Part shown: positions 28,968-39,358 of the stretch, piece after piece
Layout of the letters: every line of letters starts with the position of its first letter
Position numbering within the stretch: position 1 is the first letter of the stretch
Origin: Bdellovibrio sp.
GTDB taxonomy: Bacteria; Bdellovibrionota; Bdellovibrionia; Bdellovibrionales; Bdellovibrionaceae
Reading direction: 5' to 3'
Length of the DNA stretch: 55,437 nt
Assembly: GCA_046318155.1 (NCBI GenBank)
Contig: JBKCUU010000005.1
Coordinates: 1 to 55,437 of the forward strand
Notes under the pieces: model-generated
The model's input: the letters and a program-made list of their open reading frames with translations, nothing else
Told to the model about the DNA's origin: nothing
Database searches by the model: none
Translations under genes and position numbers: made by a program

Positions 28968-30470
28968 CTAGGCGTATTGTTTTGCGAGCTCAACAAAGGT
29001 GCGAACGATGGCTCCGCTGGCACCCTTGCTGGTGCAATAGTTCAGACGGTTGCCTGCGGACCAGGCTGTGCCGGCGATATCAAAGTGCGCCCAAGGGATG
29101 CCTTCTTCGACAAACTGCTCAAGAAAGGCCGCCGCGGTTGCAGAGCCTGCGCCCTTCCCGTTCGAGATGTTTGAAAGGTCAGCAAAAGTGCCCTTCATAT
29201 CTTCGCTGTGAAAATCAACCAAAGGCATGTTCCAAACAAGCTCTCCAGACTCGCTGGCGGCCTTTTCGATTTTGGCTTTTAGTTTTTGATCACGAGTAAA
29301 GTAGCCCGTGTGAATGTTGCCAAGAGCAACGACCATTGCGCCTGTTAATGTCGCGGCATCGACCATAAGCTGTGGCTTCAGCTCCGAGCCGTAGCAAAGA
29401 GCATCCGACAAGATCAAACGACCTTCCGCATCGGTGTTGTTGATTTCAAAAGACTTCCCATTGCGAGCATAGTGAACATCACCTGGCTTTGTTGCCGAGC
29501 CATTGATCATGTTTTCAGTCGAGGGAACTAAAGCGTAAGCATTCACCTTGAGTTTAAGCTTGGCCATCGCGAGCAAGGCACCGATCACATTGGCACCGCC
29601 GCACATGTCGTACTTCATTTCTTCCATACCGCCGCCAGGCTTAATGCTAACGCCGCCGCAATCAAAGGTCAGACCTTTGCCAACAAAAACGAGGGGCTTT
29701 TTTGAAGCGGCCGCGCCTTTGTATTCCATGATGATGAAGCGAGGTTCTTCGTCAGAGCCTTGCGCCACGCCAAAAAGTCCCCCCATTTTCTCTTTTTTGA
29801 TTCGAGCGCGGTCCCAGATTGTGACCTTCACTTTTGTCCCTTTCGCGGCCTCAGCTGCGGCCTTGGCCAAAATCGTGGGCGTCATCAAGTTCCCAGGCAA
29901 ATCACCCAGGCGGCGCGAGAAGTTGACGCTTTCTGCGAGAATGATCGCTTGCGCAAGAGCCTTTTTCTGAGCGGCATCTGATTTTTTGCTGAGCAATGAA
30001 ACAACCAGTTTTTTCTCAGCAGTCTTATTATCGTCTTTTTTTGATTTGAGTTCGTCAAATTTGTACGAAGCCAAAATCATGCCTTCAACCAACGCGCCTA
30101 AGCTAGCGGCGCTGCCAGCAAGTCCATCGATGTCGACTACCGCGGTCGAAACTTTGAGTGAAGCAATCGCTTTTTGCGCCGCAGCCCCTGCTTGACGAAT
30201 CGATTCAGAATCGTTCATCGCACCCACGCCTATGACAACCACGTGGCGGTTACCAGCGAAATCCAATTCCCGGTACACGACCGTCTCTTTGGCTTTGCCG
30301 GAGATAGATTTATCCGCCACAGCGCCCGCTAACTTTTTAGAGAGTTCGGCGTGACCAATTTTTGTTGTGGTGTCAGATCCCTTTTTTGATGAACGGGTCG
30401 ACTGAGTCGCAAAAACGACCAGGACATCGGCTTTCGAGCCATTTTGGGATTTCTTCAGTTCAAATTTCAT
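28968..30470 (-). CDS. pepA: Leucyl aminopeptidase (M17)
   Basis: VGKGLTFDCGG, MKYDMCG, NTDAEGRL, ATLTGA and WAHFDIAG. Confidence 0.95.
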   Translation of the reverse strand: MKFELKKSQNGSKADVLVVFATQSTRSSKKGSDTTTKIGHAELSKKLAGAVADKSISGKAKETVVYRELDFAGNRHVVVIGVGAMNDSESIRQAGAAAQKAIASLKVSTAVVDIDGLAGSAASLGALVEGMILASYKFDELKSKKDDNKTAEKKLVVSLLSKKSDAAQKKALAQAIILAESVNFSRRLGDLPGNLMTPTILAKAAAEAAKGTKVKVTIWDRARIKKEKMGGLFGVAQGSDEEPRFIIMEYKGAAASKKPLVFVGKGLTFDCGGVSIKPGGGMEEMKYDMCGGANVIGALLAMAKLKLKVNAYALVPSTENMINGSATKPGDVHYARNGKSFEINNTDAEGRLILSDALCYGSELKPQLMVDAATLTGAMVVALGNIHTGYFTRDQKLKAKIEKAASESGELVWNMPLVDFHSEDMKGTFADLSNISNGKGAGSATAAAFLEQFVEEGIPWAHFDIAGTAWSAGNRLNYCTSKGASGAIVRTFVELAKQYA

Positions 30471-30677
30471 ACGATCCTCTTGCTGAATAGCGTTAATAAT
30501 TTCTTCGAACGCTTGAGGTTTAACATAACGCTGGGGTCCAGTCTAGGGCACAGAAATTTCGTTCCCAAGTTGGGTCCAGAACCGTTGAGTCCGGACCTCG
30601 ATTGTCCGATAAAACTCTGGCAACACGAACGGGTTCAACTGATCCTGTTCTTTGATCACACAGACTAAGGAGTTCAC

Positions 30678-31298
30678 GTGGCTCTCGTTCCATTCGTCAT
30701 CGAGCAAACATCTCGCGGTGAAAGAAGCTATGACATCTATTCTCGCTTGTTAAAAGACCGCATTATCTTTCTGGGCTCGGCTGTGACTGATGATGTTGCG
30801 AACTCCATCATCGCGCAGCTTTTGTTTCTTGAGGTTGATAGCCCCGAGAAAGACATCCACTTGTACATCAACTCTCCCGGCGGCAGCGTGTCTGCGGGCC
30901 TGGCGATTTACGACATGATGCAATTTGTGAAGTGCGACGTGGCGACTTACTGCATGGGTATGGCGGCAAGCATGGGCTCGTTGTTACTCACCGCGGGAGC
31001 CGCTGGAAAGCGCTACTCTCTGCCCAGTGCACGTGTCATGATCCACCAACCTCATCTCGGGGGCGGCGGAATCGGTGGTCAAGTGACTGACATCGAAATC
31101 CATGCGCGAGAATTGGTTCGTACCAAAGAGAAGCTCACTGACATTTATGTTCGGCATACAGGTAAGACCTATGACTTTCTCAAGGACAAAATGGAACGCG
31201 ATTACTACTTGAGTGCGGTTGAAGCAAAAGAGTTTGGCCTCATCGATCACGTCGTTGAGTTCCGTAAAAACACCACGGTTAAAGGAAATGACAAATGA
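30678..31298 (+). CDS. clpP: ATP-dependent Clp protease proteolytic subunit
   Basis: [27 protein letters not shown] and MIHQP. Confidence 0.97.
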   Translation: MALVPFVIEQTSRGERSYDIYSRLLKDRIIFLGSAVTDDVANSIIAQLLFLEVDSPEKDIHLYINSPGGSVSAGLAIYDMMQFVKCDVATYCMGMAASMGSLLLTAGAAGKRYSLPSARVMIHQPHLGGGGIGGQVTDIEIHARELVRTKEKLTDIYVRHTGKTYDFLKDKMERDYYLSAVEAKEFGLIDHVVEFRKNTTVKGNDK

Positions 31299-32587
31299 GT
31301 AAGGGCGAAAACGCGGCTTTAAGATGCAGTTTCTGCGGCAAAGGCCAAAAAGAAGTTAAAAAGTTGATCGCAGGCCCTGGGGTTTACATTTGTGATGAGT
31401 GTATCGATCTGTGTAACGATATCATCGTCGAGGAAAAAGAGCGTGAAGTCTCGGTGAAGGGGAGCTTCAAAGTTCCTAAGCCTGCCGACATTAAAGGCTT
31501 CTTGGATGACTATGTCATTGGACAATTGCGCGCCAAGAAGGCCTTGGCCGTGGCCGTACACAATCACTACAAGCGTATTAACCACCTCCAAGGTTCTAAA
31601 AAGAATCAAGACGTCGAGCTCGCAAAATCAAATATTTTGCTGATCGGTCCGACCGGATCAGGAAAGACTTTGCTGGCGCAAACAATTGCCAAGATCCTCA
31701 ACGTTCCTTTTGCCATGGCGGATGCCACGACACTGACCGAAGCCGGGTATGTGGGTGAGGATGTAGAAAATGTGGTTCTCAACTTGCTGCAAGCCGCGGA
31801 TTGGGACGTAGAAAAAGCTCAGCGTGGTGTGATTTACATCGATGAAATCGATAAAATTTCACGCAAGTCCGAGAACCCTTCGATCACTCGTGACGTTTCG
31901 GGTGAGGGCGTTCAGCAGGCTTTACTTAAAATTTTGGAAGGAACGGTTGCCAACCTCCCGCCTAAAGGTGGACGCAAACATCCTCAACAAGAATTTATCC
32001 AGGTTGATACCAGCAATATCCTGTTCATTTGCGGCGGCGCTTTCGTGGGTCTAGATAAGATCATCGAACAACGCACGACCAACAAGACCATGGGGATCGC
32101 AGCTGATGTCCGCACCGAAAGTGAAAAGGCGTCAAACGACAGCATCCTTCACAAGGTCGAGCCCGATGATTTGTCGCGCTTTGGTTTGATCCCTGAGTTT
32201 ATTGGCCGTTTGCCGGTGACCGCGGTCCTAGACCCCTTGGACGAAGCAACGCTTATCGACATTCTGGTTTCGCCTAAGAACGCTTTGACCAAACAATATC
32301 AAAAACTATTTGGGTTTGAAGGTGTTAACCTGAAGTTCACCGATCCCGCCCTTAAGGCCATTGCACAAATGGCGTTGAAGCGAAAAACCGGTGCGCGCGG
32401 GCTCCGTAGCGTCATCGAAAGTGCGATGATGGATATCATGTTTGAAATTCCTTCCAAGTCGAACGTAAAAGAAGTTACCATCAGTGAGAGGGTTATCAAC
32501 GAGGGTGGACAACCGGAGTTGGTACTTAAGACTGAGGAGGAGATGCGCAAAGGCGACTCCGGTAACGGAAGTGCCCAGAGCGCGTAG
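31295..32587 (+). CDS. clpX: ATP-dependent Clp protease ATP-binding subunit
   Basis: CSFCGK zinc finger, [16 protein letters not shown] and RKH loop. Confidence 0.97.
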   Translation: MSKGENAALRCSFCGKGQKEVKKLIAGPGVYICDECIDLCNDIIVEEKEREVSVKGSFKVPKPADIKGFLDDYVIGQLRAKKALAVAVHNHYKRINHLQGSKKNQDVELAKSNILLIGPTGSGKTLLAQTIAKILNVPFAMADATTLTEAGYVGEDVENVVLNLLQAADWDVEKAQRGVIYIDEIDKISRKSENPSITRDVSGEGVQQALLKILEGTVANLPPKGGRKHPQQEFIQVDTSNILFICGGAFVGLDKIIEQRTTNKTMGIAADVRTESEKASNDSILHKVEPDDLSRFGLIPEFIGRLPVTAVLDPLDEATLIDILVSPKNALTKQYQKLFGFEGVNLKFTDPALKAIAQMALKRKTGARGLRSVIESAMMDIMFEIPSKSNVKEVTISERVINEGGQPELVLKTEEEMRKGDSGNGSAQSA

Positions 32588-32593
32588 CCATCC

Positions 32594-32616
32594 AAGGGTC
32601 CCCGAGGGACCCTTTT
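32594..32616 (+). terminator. Putative intrinsic terminator after clpX
   Basis: aagggtccc-cga-gggaccctttt. Confidence 0.55.
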
Positions 32617-32703
32617 CCAAGTTGTAAAAGATTTGGTGTCCTCAGTTAGGAAAAAATTGACCCAGAAACCTCATTTCTGGGTCTTATCCTAAGGAGGGAA
32701 ACC

Positions 32704-35178
32704 ATGGCCGGAACAACGAATAAGGAATTGCCGCTTTTACCTTTACGAGACTTAATCATCTTCCCTCACATGATGATGCCGTTGTTCGTAGGCCGCGAAA
32801 AGAGCATCAATGCTCTTGAAGAGGCGATGAGTAAGCAGACAGACATTGTTCTGGCGGCTCAGCGCGATGCGAAGACCAACAATCCAGAGCCTAAAGACAT
32901 TTACAGTGTCGGCACGATCGGAACGATCATCCAGCTTTTGCGCCTTCCTGATGGAACGGTCAAAGTCTTGGTTGAAGGCAAACGCCGCGTGAAGATCAAA
33001 GACTATAAATCCAATGATTCTTTTTTCATCGTTGGTGTCGAAGAAATTCCCGAAGAAAACGAAAGTGTTGTCGAGACCCAAGCGCTTGTTCGCTCGGTCA
33101 AAACGACTTTTGAAACCTACGTTAAACTCAACAAACGCATTCCTCCAGAGATTCTGATGCGCGTGTCGACGATCGAGAATCCTGCCGAATTGGGTGACAT
33201 CATTGTTGCTCAGCTCAACTTGAAACTTGAAGACAAACAAAAGGTCCTCGAGATTTTTGATTCAGGCAAACGCCTCGAGCATTTGCTGAACCTCATGACC
33301 GGCGAGATCGAGATTCTCGAAGTTGAGAAAAAGATCCGCACCCGCGTGAAAAAGCAGATGGAGCGCTCGCAAAAAGAATACTACTTGAACGAGCAAATGC
33401 AGGCGATTCAAAAAGAGCTGGGTGAAAAAGACGAATACCAAGCTGAACTTGCAGATCTCGAAGAAAAAGCAGCTAAGAAAATCATGTCTCAAGAAGCTAA
33501 AGAGAAGATCAAAAAAGAGATCAAAAAACTCAAGATGATGTCGCCCATGTCGGCTGAAGCCACCGTGGTTCGCAACTACATCGACTGGGTCTTGTCTTTG
33601 CCTTGGCAGGATTACAATCAAGACCGTCACGATGTTAAATTTGCCGAAGAAGTCCTTAATGAAGATCACTGGGGCTTAGAAAAAGTCAAAGAGCGCGTTC
33701 TTGAGTACCTGTCAGTGCTTTCGATCGCCAAAGACATGAAGGGCCCCATCTTGTGCCTCGTTGGACCTCCTGGGGTTGGTAAGACCTCATTGGCCCGCTC
33801 CATCGCCCGCGCTTTGAATAAACCTTTTGCTCGTATTTCGTTGGGTGGGGTTCGTGATGAGGCCGAGATCCGTGGTCACCGCAAAACCTACGTCGGCGCG
33901 ATGCCCGGTAAAATCCTGCAGGCTTTGCGAAAAGTGGATAAAGGAAATCCCATCATGTTGCTCGATGAGATCGACAAGATGGCCTCTGACTTCCGCGGCG
34001 ATCCGAGCTCGGCGATGCTGGAGGTTTTGGATCCCGAACAAAATCACAATTTTCAAGATCACTACTTGGAGCTTGAGTACGATTTGTCCAAGGTGATGTT
34101 TATCGCCACGGCCAACTCACTGCACACAATTCCTCGTCCACTGCTGGATCGTATGGAGATCATTTCGCTCGAGGGTTACACCGAGAACGAAAAATTCCAT
34201 ATCGGTAAGCAGTACCTGATTCCCAAGCAACTGAAGAATCACGGACTGGTTGAGCGCAAAGTCACGATCGACGATGCGGCGTTAAGAAACGTCATCCGGT
34301 TTTATACACGTGAAGCCGGTGTTCGTAATCTTGAGCGTCAACTCGGAAACGTCGCCCGTAAAGTTGCTCGCGATATCGTGCGCGCCGAAGCGGTGGCTGA
34401 TCTTAAGGGTGGCAGCAAGAAAAAGGGCGCCGAGACCTCTTCAAAAAAGAAAACGGCTCCCATTAAAGCCTATCCCGTTAATCCCAAGAAATTGGTCGAA
34501 TTGCTAGGACCAGAGAAATACAAATTTGGTAAAATCGAAGACGGCAACGAAATCGGTCTCACAAACGGAATGGCTTGGACAGAGGTGGGCGGAGACTTGC
34601 TCGCGGTCGAAGCAGCCGTGGTCCCCGGACGCGGAAAGTTCACCGTGACCGGTCAGCTGGGCGATGTGATGAAAGAATCTTGTTCGGCGGCGATGAGCTA
34701 CGTGCGCTCACGTGGCCCTTTGTTTGGCCTTGATAAAGAGTACTTTCAAAATATCGACGTGCATATCCACTTACCAGAAGGCGCCACTCCAAAAGACGGA
34801 CCGTCTGCAGGTATTGCGCTAACGACGTCCATCGTTTCAGCGATCTTGAAGATCCCCGTCAAGCGCACGGTCTCGATGACGGGTGAGGTCTCGCTTCGCG
34901 GAAAAGTGCTGGCCATCGGTGGCTTGAAAGAAAAAGTCATGGCTGCTCACCGCGGTGGAATCAAAATGGTCATCTGTCCCAAAGAGAACGAAAAGGATCT
35001 CAAGGAAATTCCTAAGGAAGTTATGAAAGATCTGAAAGTGATCTTGGTTGACCACGTCGATCAGGTTTTGGTTAACGCGCTGGATATCAAGAACCCTCGC
35101 GAGCTGTTTAAAGTCTCAAATGAAAGAGGCTTGGGCATTAAGGCCAACTACACGGGCCAGCACCAGCATCCGCATTGA
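32704..35178 (+). CDS. lon: Lon protease (endopeptidase La)
   Basis: LPLLPLRD N-domain, [17 protein letters not shown] catalytic Ser and GGLKEK. Confidence 0.97.
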   Translation: MAGTTNKELPLLPLRDLIIFPHMMMPLFVGREKSINALEEAMSKQTDIVLAAQRDAKTNNPEPKDIYSVGTIGTIIQLLRLPDGTVKVLVEGKRRVKIKDYKSNDSFFIVGVEEIPEENESVVETQALVRSVKTTFETYVKLNKRIPPEILMRVSTIENPAELGDIIVAQLNLKLEDKQKVLEIFDSGKRLEHLLNLMTGEIEILEVEKKIRTRVKKQMERSQKEYYLNEQMQAIQKELGEKDEYQAELADLEEKAAKKIMSQEAKEKIKKEIKKLKMMSPMSAEATVVRNYIDWVLSLPWQDYNQDRHDVKFAEEVLNEDHWGLEKVKERVLEYLSVLSIAKDMKGPILCLVGPPGVGKTSLARSIARALNKPFARISLGGVRDEAEIRGHRKTYVGAMPGKILQALRKVDKGNPIMLLDEIDKMASDFRGDPSSAMLEVLDPEQNHNFQDHYLELEYDLSKVMFIATANSLHTIPRPLLDRMEIISLEGYTENEKFHIGKQYLIPKQLKNHGLVERKVTIDDAALRNVIRFYTREAGVRNLERQLGNVARKVARDIVRAEAVADLKGGSKKKGAETSSKKKTAPIKAYPVNPKKLVELLGPEKYKFGKIEDGNEIGLTNGMAWTEVGGDLLAVEAAVVPGRGKFTVTGQLGDVMKESCSAAMSYVRSRGPLFGLDKEYFQNIDVHIHLPEGATPKDGPSAGIALTTSIVSAILKIPVKRTVSMTGEVSLRGKVLAIGGLKEKVMAAHRGGIKMVICPKENEKDLKEIPKEVMKDLKVILVDHVDQVLVNALDIKNPRELFKVSNERGLGIKANYTGQHQHPH

Positions 35179-35238
35179 TAAGTGATGATCCGCAGGCGCC
35201 GCGCGAGCGGCGCTGGGGTGGAATGAGAGGACTTGACC

Positions 35239-35268
35239 AGGGGGCGTTTTCGCCCCCTTTGCTTTTTT
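35239..35268 (+). terminator. Intrinsic terminator after lon
   Basis: agggggcg-tttt-cgccccct followed by ttgctttttt. Confidence 0.7.
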
Positions 35269-35497
35269 AAATGCAGCGGCCTCATTTTCTGTCATCCCCA
35301 TTTCAAGGCCTATCTTAAATTTTCTCAATCAACCACTCGAAAACTCAAATAAGTTGTTGATCTGACTGCAGAAAAATCAAAATGACGCCCCCAAGGCTTA
35401 ACCCATGCCGTGCTGAGTTTTTGTGCTTGGGGTGGGTCAAACAGTTTGACTGGGCATTTTAGAATTTGTAAGAAAACATTTTCGGCGAGGAATCATC

Positions 35498-36619
35498 ATG
35501 GCGACTGGTCAAAAACCAGAGTCTTTATTTGAATTGGGAAAACTGCACTGCGATCGCGGTGATTTTTTCCAGGCAATGGAAAAGTTGCAACTTGCGGCTG
35601 ACGGCTTTTTAATTTCACGAGATTTCGCTCACTATCTGAAGACGCAAAATTTGCTTTTGCGTCTGTACGCCGAAACTGATCAAGAAGACCGCATTTTTCA
35701 AACGAAAGAAAAGTTGCAAGATCTTGTTCTAAAAGAGGGCTTCGAGCTCAACTCCAAAACTTATTACACACTTGCTCTATGTGCCTCTTATAAGAATCAG
35801 CTCGAGACTTCTCTTGAGTACTGCCAAAAAGCGCTCGCCATTGCTTTGGCAAACGATAACAAAGAAGACATTTGCTACGCGATCAGCGGTACGGCCGTTG
35901 TCTATACTCGCATGGGGCGTTTGCAAGAAGCGCTCAAGGAAATCTACAACCTCCAGATTTTTTTCGAAGTGCTTCCGCTCTCTGAGATTAAGATTTCGAC
36001 GCTGATTTTAAACGCGCATATTTTGACGGATCTTAAAAAGTTTGATCAAGCGATTGATGTTCTCTGGCAAGCTTACGATTTGATCAAAGTGCAGAAGACG
36101 ATGCTCATGCACATTTACCTGCTGTTCAATATGGGCCGCACATACTTAAAGTCGGGCAATAAAGAGATGGCCCGCCTGTATCTCAATCTTGCGTCCAAAG
36201 CGGTTGATCCTAAAAATACCGCTCGTTTGGCTCGTGCAATCGAAGCCGAAATGAAAGAGCTGGGTCAAGAAAACACCTCAAACTATGACCTCATCTTTAA
36301 TGTTGAGAACCACACCGTGACCGAAAAAAAATTGGGACGCGTTGATTTTAAAAATCAGTTTGTTTTACTCGATCTGCTTAAGCTTTTTATCCAGAACCAG
36401 GGACAAGTGTATTCAAAAGAGTACCTTGTCGAACAGGTTTGGAAGCAAGAGTACGATCCCGCTGTGCACGACAACAAAATCTACGTCACGATCAAGCGCC
36501 TGCGTAAAATGATCGAGCCCGATTTTGAAAAACCAAAATACATCTTCAGAGCCAAAAATGGCTATTTTATGAATAAGTCCGCGAACGTGTTCGTAGAGCA
36601 GAACCAGGGGGTTCAGTGA
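35498..36619 (+). CDS. TPR-repeat protein with C-terminal OmpR/PhoB-type winged-helix DNA-binding domain
   Basis: Helical TPR-like repeats, then GQVYSKEYLVEQVW...IYVTIKRLRKMIE...GY. Confidence 0.85.
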   Translation: MATGQKPESLFELGKLHCDRGDFFQAMEKLQLAADGFLISRDFAHYLKTQNLLLRLYAETDQEDRIFQTKEKLQDLVLKEGFELNSKTYYTLALCASYKNQLETSLEYCQKALAIALANDNKEDICYAISGTAVVYTRMGRLQEALKEIYNLQIFFEVLPLSEIKISTLILNAHILTDLKKFDQAIDVLWQAYDLIKVQKTMLMHIYLLFNMGRTYLKSGNKEMARLYLNLASKAVDPKNTARLARAIEAEMKELGQENTSNYDLIFNVENHTVTEKKLGRVDFKNQFVLLDLLKLFIQNQGQVYSKEYLVEQVWKQEYDPAVHDNKIYVTIKRLRKMIEPDFEKPKYIFRAKNGYFMNKSANVFVEQNQGVQ

Positions 36620-37209
36620 TGAAGTTTTTGCTCGCAACCTTAACCGTGATTGTTGGAATGTCATTGATGGGACCTGCGGCGCAAGCGGCTCCCGTGAACA
36701 CTAACATGTGTATGCGTGAACCTGGAGTCAAGGGCGGCGATGCCACACCCTGGCCATGGGGGAGCGAGATTCGCTTTCCTTGGACCCGAATTCAGGGGAT
36801 CTGGTCTCCGCTTGCACAGGATTGCAACTCTTACTTTGTTTTTAAAGTTGTGAAGCAATCGACGAACGGCGAAAAGCTCGTGCGTGTGCTCCAGTACAAT
36901 CCCCAGACCTGCGAAAAGATTTCGGAAGGTGTCGGCTTTGAGCTTTCGGATGTTATTTACGCCTCGATGGCAGCGGGTTCTCAGTCTTACGACATCTCGA
37001 TCCGTGCCTTTGACACCTCGGTTTTAGAGGGTCAGACGTCTGGTTCGGGTGCGTCGATTTCGTCTCCCATGAGCTCTGTTAACACTTATGCCGCGGCGAA
37101 GTCTGTCGTCGTCGTTTCACTTTATCCCAAATTTGGTTGGGACAAGCGCACGAGCTACCAGCTCGAAAAAATTCGCACAAATACAGCCTTGATTTGCCGC
37201 GAAGAATAA
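36616..37209 (+). CDS. Hypothetical secreted protein
   Basis: Signal peptide ending AQA, GGD...PWPWG motif and four Cys; overlaps the stop of the regulator gene. Confidence 0.78.
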   Translation: MMKFLLATLTVIVGMSLMGPAAQAAPVNTNMCMREPGVKGGDATPWPWGSEIRFPWTRIQGIWSPLAQDCNSYFVFKVVKQSTNGEKLVRVLQYNPQTCEKISEGVGFELSDVIYASMAAGSQSYDISIRAFDTSVLEGQTSGSGASISSPMSSVNTYAAAKSVVVVSLYPKFGWDKRTSYQLEKIRTNTALICREE

Positions 37210-37268
37210 GGTTAATTAGCGACTCTTCAACGGCCTAAGGACTCTTGGGCCGCCAAAAGAAACTCTGC

Positions 37269-37344
37269 AGGGAGTTAGCTCAGTTGGTAGAGCGCCACCC
37301 TTACAAGGTGGATGTCGCAGGTTCGAATCCTGTACTCCCTACCA
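37269..37344 (+). tRNA. tRNA-Val (anticodon TAC)
   Basis: Acceptor AGGGAGT/ACTCCCT, D-arm AGCTCAGTTGGTAGAGC, anticodon arm CCACC-CTTACAA-GGTGG, GGTTCGAATCC and encoded CCA; 76 nt. Confidence 0.97.
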
Positions 37345-37480
37345 CTTCTCTTTCAAAGATGAATTGGTCCTTCCCTCCGACAAGCCTCAGACAGCGGGCT
37401 TCAGCGGCCCTTTGGGCCTGCTTCCAGTCCGAACTCGGCTTGCCGGAGGGAAGGACCAATTTATCTTTGAAAGAGAAGTG
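37343..37480. repeat. Long inverted repeat (44-bp arms, 2 mismatches, 50-nt spacer) abutting tRNA-Val
   Basis: 37343-37386 cacttctctttcaaagatgaattggtccttccctccgacaagcc versus the reverse complement of 37437-37480. Confidence 0.9.
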
Positions 37481-37638
37481 TTCGCGCTTCAGCCTTCGGA
37501 CTCTTTTTTTATATTGAGCTATCCTCAATTTTTTAAAAGATAGCATCTTGATGGACCTCATTCAGCAGAGTTTGATAGGGTGTTTCCGCGGGGCCCTTCA
37601 TTGAGGCCGTAAAATCGAAAAAACTTTGGAGCCACCAA

Positions 37639-38658
37639 ATGTTAGGGCAAGCCTCTAAATTTACAAAACCAAATGACGCGTGGATCCTTCATCGAGAAGA
37701 AATTGAAACTGTGCAAGATGGAAACTGCAATGTCTATGTCTTGTTAGATGCCTATTCAGGATTTTGCTTTGGCCAGGAGATTTGTGTCGATTTGCCTGGG
37801 TCATCAAAAATCATCAGTCTGTTAAACGCTGCGTATGCCAAATCTGGCAGGTGGCCAAAGCAAATGCTCGTGCTCAAAAAAGATCCTTTTGCTGAGGCCT
37901 TCCAAGCGATTTGCAAAGGCTTTCAAGTTCAGCTCAGTCAAGTGACGGCAAAGGACCTTCAGCCCTTTGTGCGTTCGTTTAAAGAAGCATTTAGGCAATT
38001 CAAAAAGGGAGGAGCGTCGCATGCTCCACCTCTTTCTGCGGTCGAGGAAGAAGAGCTACAGGCCTTCGTTCCTGAAAGTTACTCTTCCTGCCCATGTGCT
38101 TCTGGAAAAAAATTTAAATTTTGTTGTCAGAAGGCCTTCAAGGAAATCACATTTGCCATGTGCGCTGCCGAAGAAGGCGACCTGGATGAAGCCCTTCGCT
38201 TTATGAAGCAGGCCGAGGAAAAAGTAGGGCGGACAGCTGAAATTGTGTGCCGGTATGCAATTTGCTGGTCCTTTTTTGAGATGGAAAAATTCGTCATCCT
38301 CCTGAATGAGGCATTGCAAATTAATTCAAAACACCCGCGTGCAAACTACATCATGGGTATCGAAGCGGTCGCTGACGAGGAGTACGAGAAAGCTGTCGTG
38401 TTTTATCAAACAGCAATCGACAACTATCCTCCAGAGGACCGATTCCATCTGAATGAGACTTACAACAATCTTGGAACGGCATATTGCGGCCTGAAAAAAT
38501 TCAAAGAAGCTAAGGATGTTTGGGAAAAAGCTTTGGTATTGCTTCCCTCCGACCAAATGGTCAGAAGAAATCTATTTGAATTCATTTACAATAATCCTGC
38601 TGTTCCAAACGAACTTCGAAAAGTCAGTCCCTTTATCGAAAAGTATTTAGCAAGGTGA
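37639..38658 (+). CDS. SEC-C motif plus TPR protein with N-terminal integrase-core-like (RNase H fold) region
   Basis: CPCASGKKFKFCC (SEC-C) and C-terminal TPRs (ETYNNLGTAY...KAL). The N-terminus PNDAW...YVLLDAYS resembles rve. Confidence 0.8.
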   Translation: MLGQASKFTKPNDAWILHREEIETVQDGNCNVYVLLDAYSGFCFGQEICVDLPGSSKIISLLNAAYAKSGRWPKQMLVLKKDPFAEAFQAICKGFQVQLSQVTAKDLQPFVRSFKEAFRQFKKGGASHAPPLSAVEEEELQAFVPESYSSCPCASGKKFKFCCQKAFKEITFAMCAAEEGDLDEALRFMKQAEEKVGRTAEIVCRYAICWSFFEMEKFVILLNEALQINSKHPRANYIMGIEAVADEEYEKAVVFYQTAIDNYPPEDRFHLNETYNNLGTAYCGLKKFKEAKDVWEKALVLLPSDQMVRRNLFEFIYNNPAVPNELRKVSPFIEKYLAR

Positions 38659-39206
38659 ACATGGAGCATTTGATAATGCACGAGAAGTCTCGAAAGACAA
38701 GAGAGTCAGCGTCCTATATCAACCGCCTTGGTCAGGAGTATTTTGTTCATCAAGGCATGATAAAAACTGGCAAACCAAAATATTTTGCCAGTCAAAAAAG
38801 GGATGGTGCGCTTGCACGGCTTCCTGATGGTTTTGTGTTTGGCGAAAGTATCAATGGTATTGTGACCATTCAACGTCCCAAATCCATGCTGGTGCCAGCG
38901 GCAGATCTCGATCTCGTTAAGCAGTCTGTCGCAAAATTTCAGCATCTCAAGAGCTATCGGGTAGAACCGAAAGGCAAAGCAATTTTGATCTACGCACCAA
39001 TGGCTGCTGAGCACATGACTAGGAGTATTCAGTACGAGCCCGTCTTAAAGTTTACATTTGATCCAAGTCTTGGAGAGTACCAAGTCGAGAGACGGTGCTA
39101 TCGAGGCGAGGAGCACTGGCTAACGGTTGGTTATGGAAAGCTTGAGAAAATGTTGAAACAGTTTGTTCGGCATATCGGCAAAGAGTCATTTTTTGAGTTG
39201 ATGTGA
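38655..39206 (+). CDS. Hypothetical protein
   Basis: 183-aa ORF overlapping the upstream stop, with a YINRLGQEYF...KTGKPKYF segment. Exact start uncertain. Confidence 0.7.
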   Translation: MNMEHLIMHEKSRKTRESASYINRLGQEYFVHQGMIKTGKPKYFASQKRDGALARLPDGFVFGESINGIVTIQRPKSMLVPAADLDLVKQSVAKFQHLKSYRVEPKGKAILIYAPMAAEHMTRSIQYEPVLKFTFDPSLGEYQVERRCYRGEEHWLTVGYGKLEKMLKQFVRHIGKESFFELM

Positions 39207-39358
39207 ATAGAGTTATTCCTTTGACCAAGAATCACTGGCCTCGTCTCATAAACGAAAAAGTTTGACCTAAGTCCTGACGCAAGAGCCAGCCTCCAGAAAG
39301 TCCCTTACTTTTCAAAAATTACACCTATGATAGTTCTATGTTTACCTATGGAGGGACT

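Noticed and set aside
37245..37561. ORFs 37245-37517 (+) and 37301-37561 (-)
   Set aside because: They overlap tRNA-Val and the inverted repeat and have no protein-like features.
37639..38010. Active IS3-family transposase
   Set aside because: Catalytic DDE residues appear absent, there is no HTH/orfA, no terminal repeats enclose the gene, and it is fused in frame to SEC-C/TPR.
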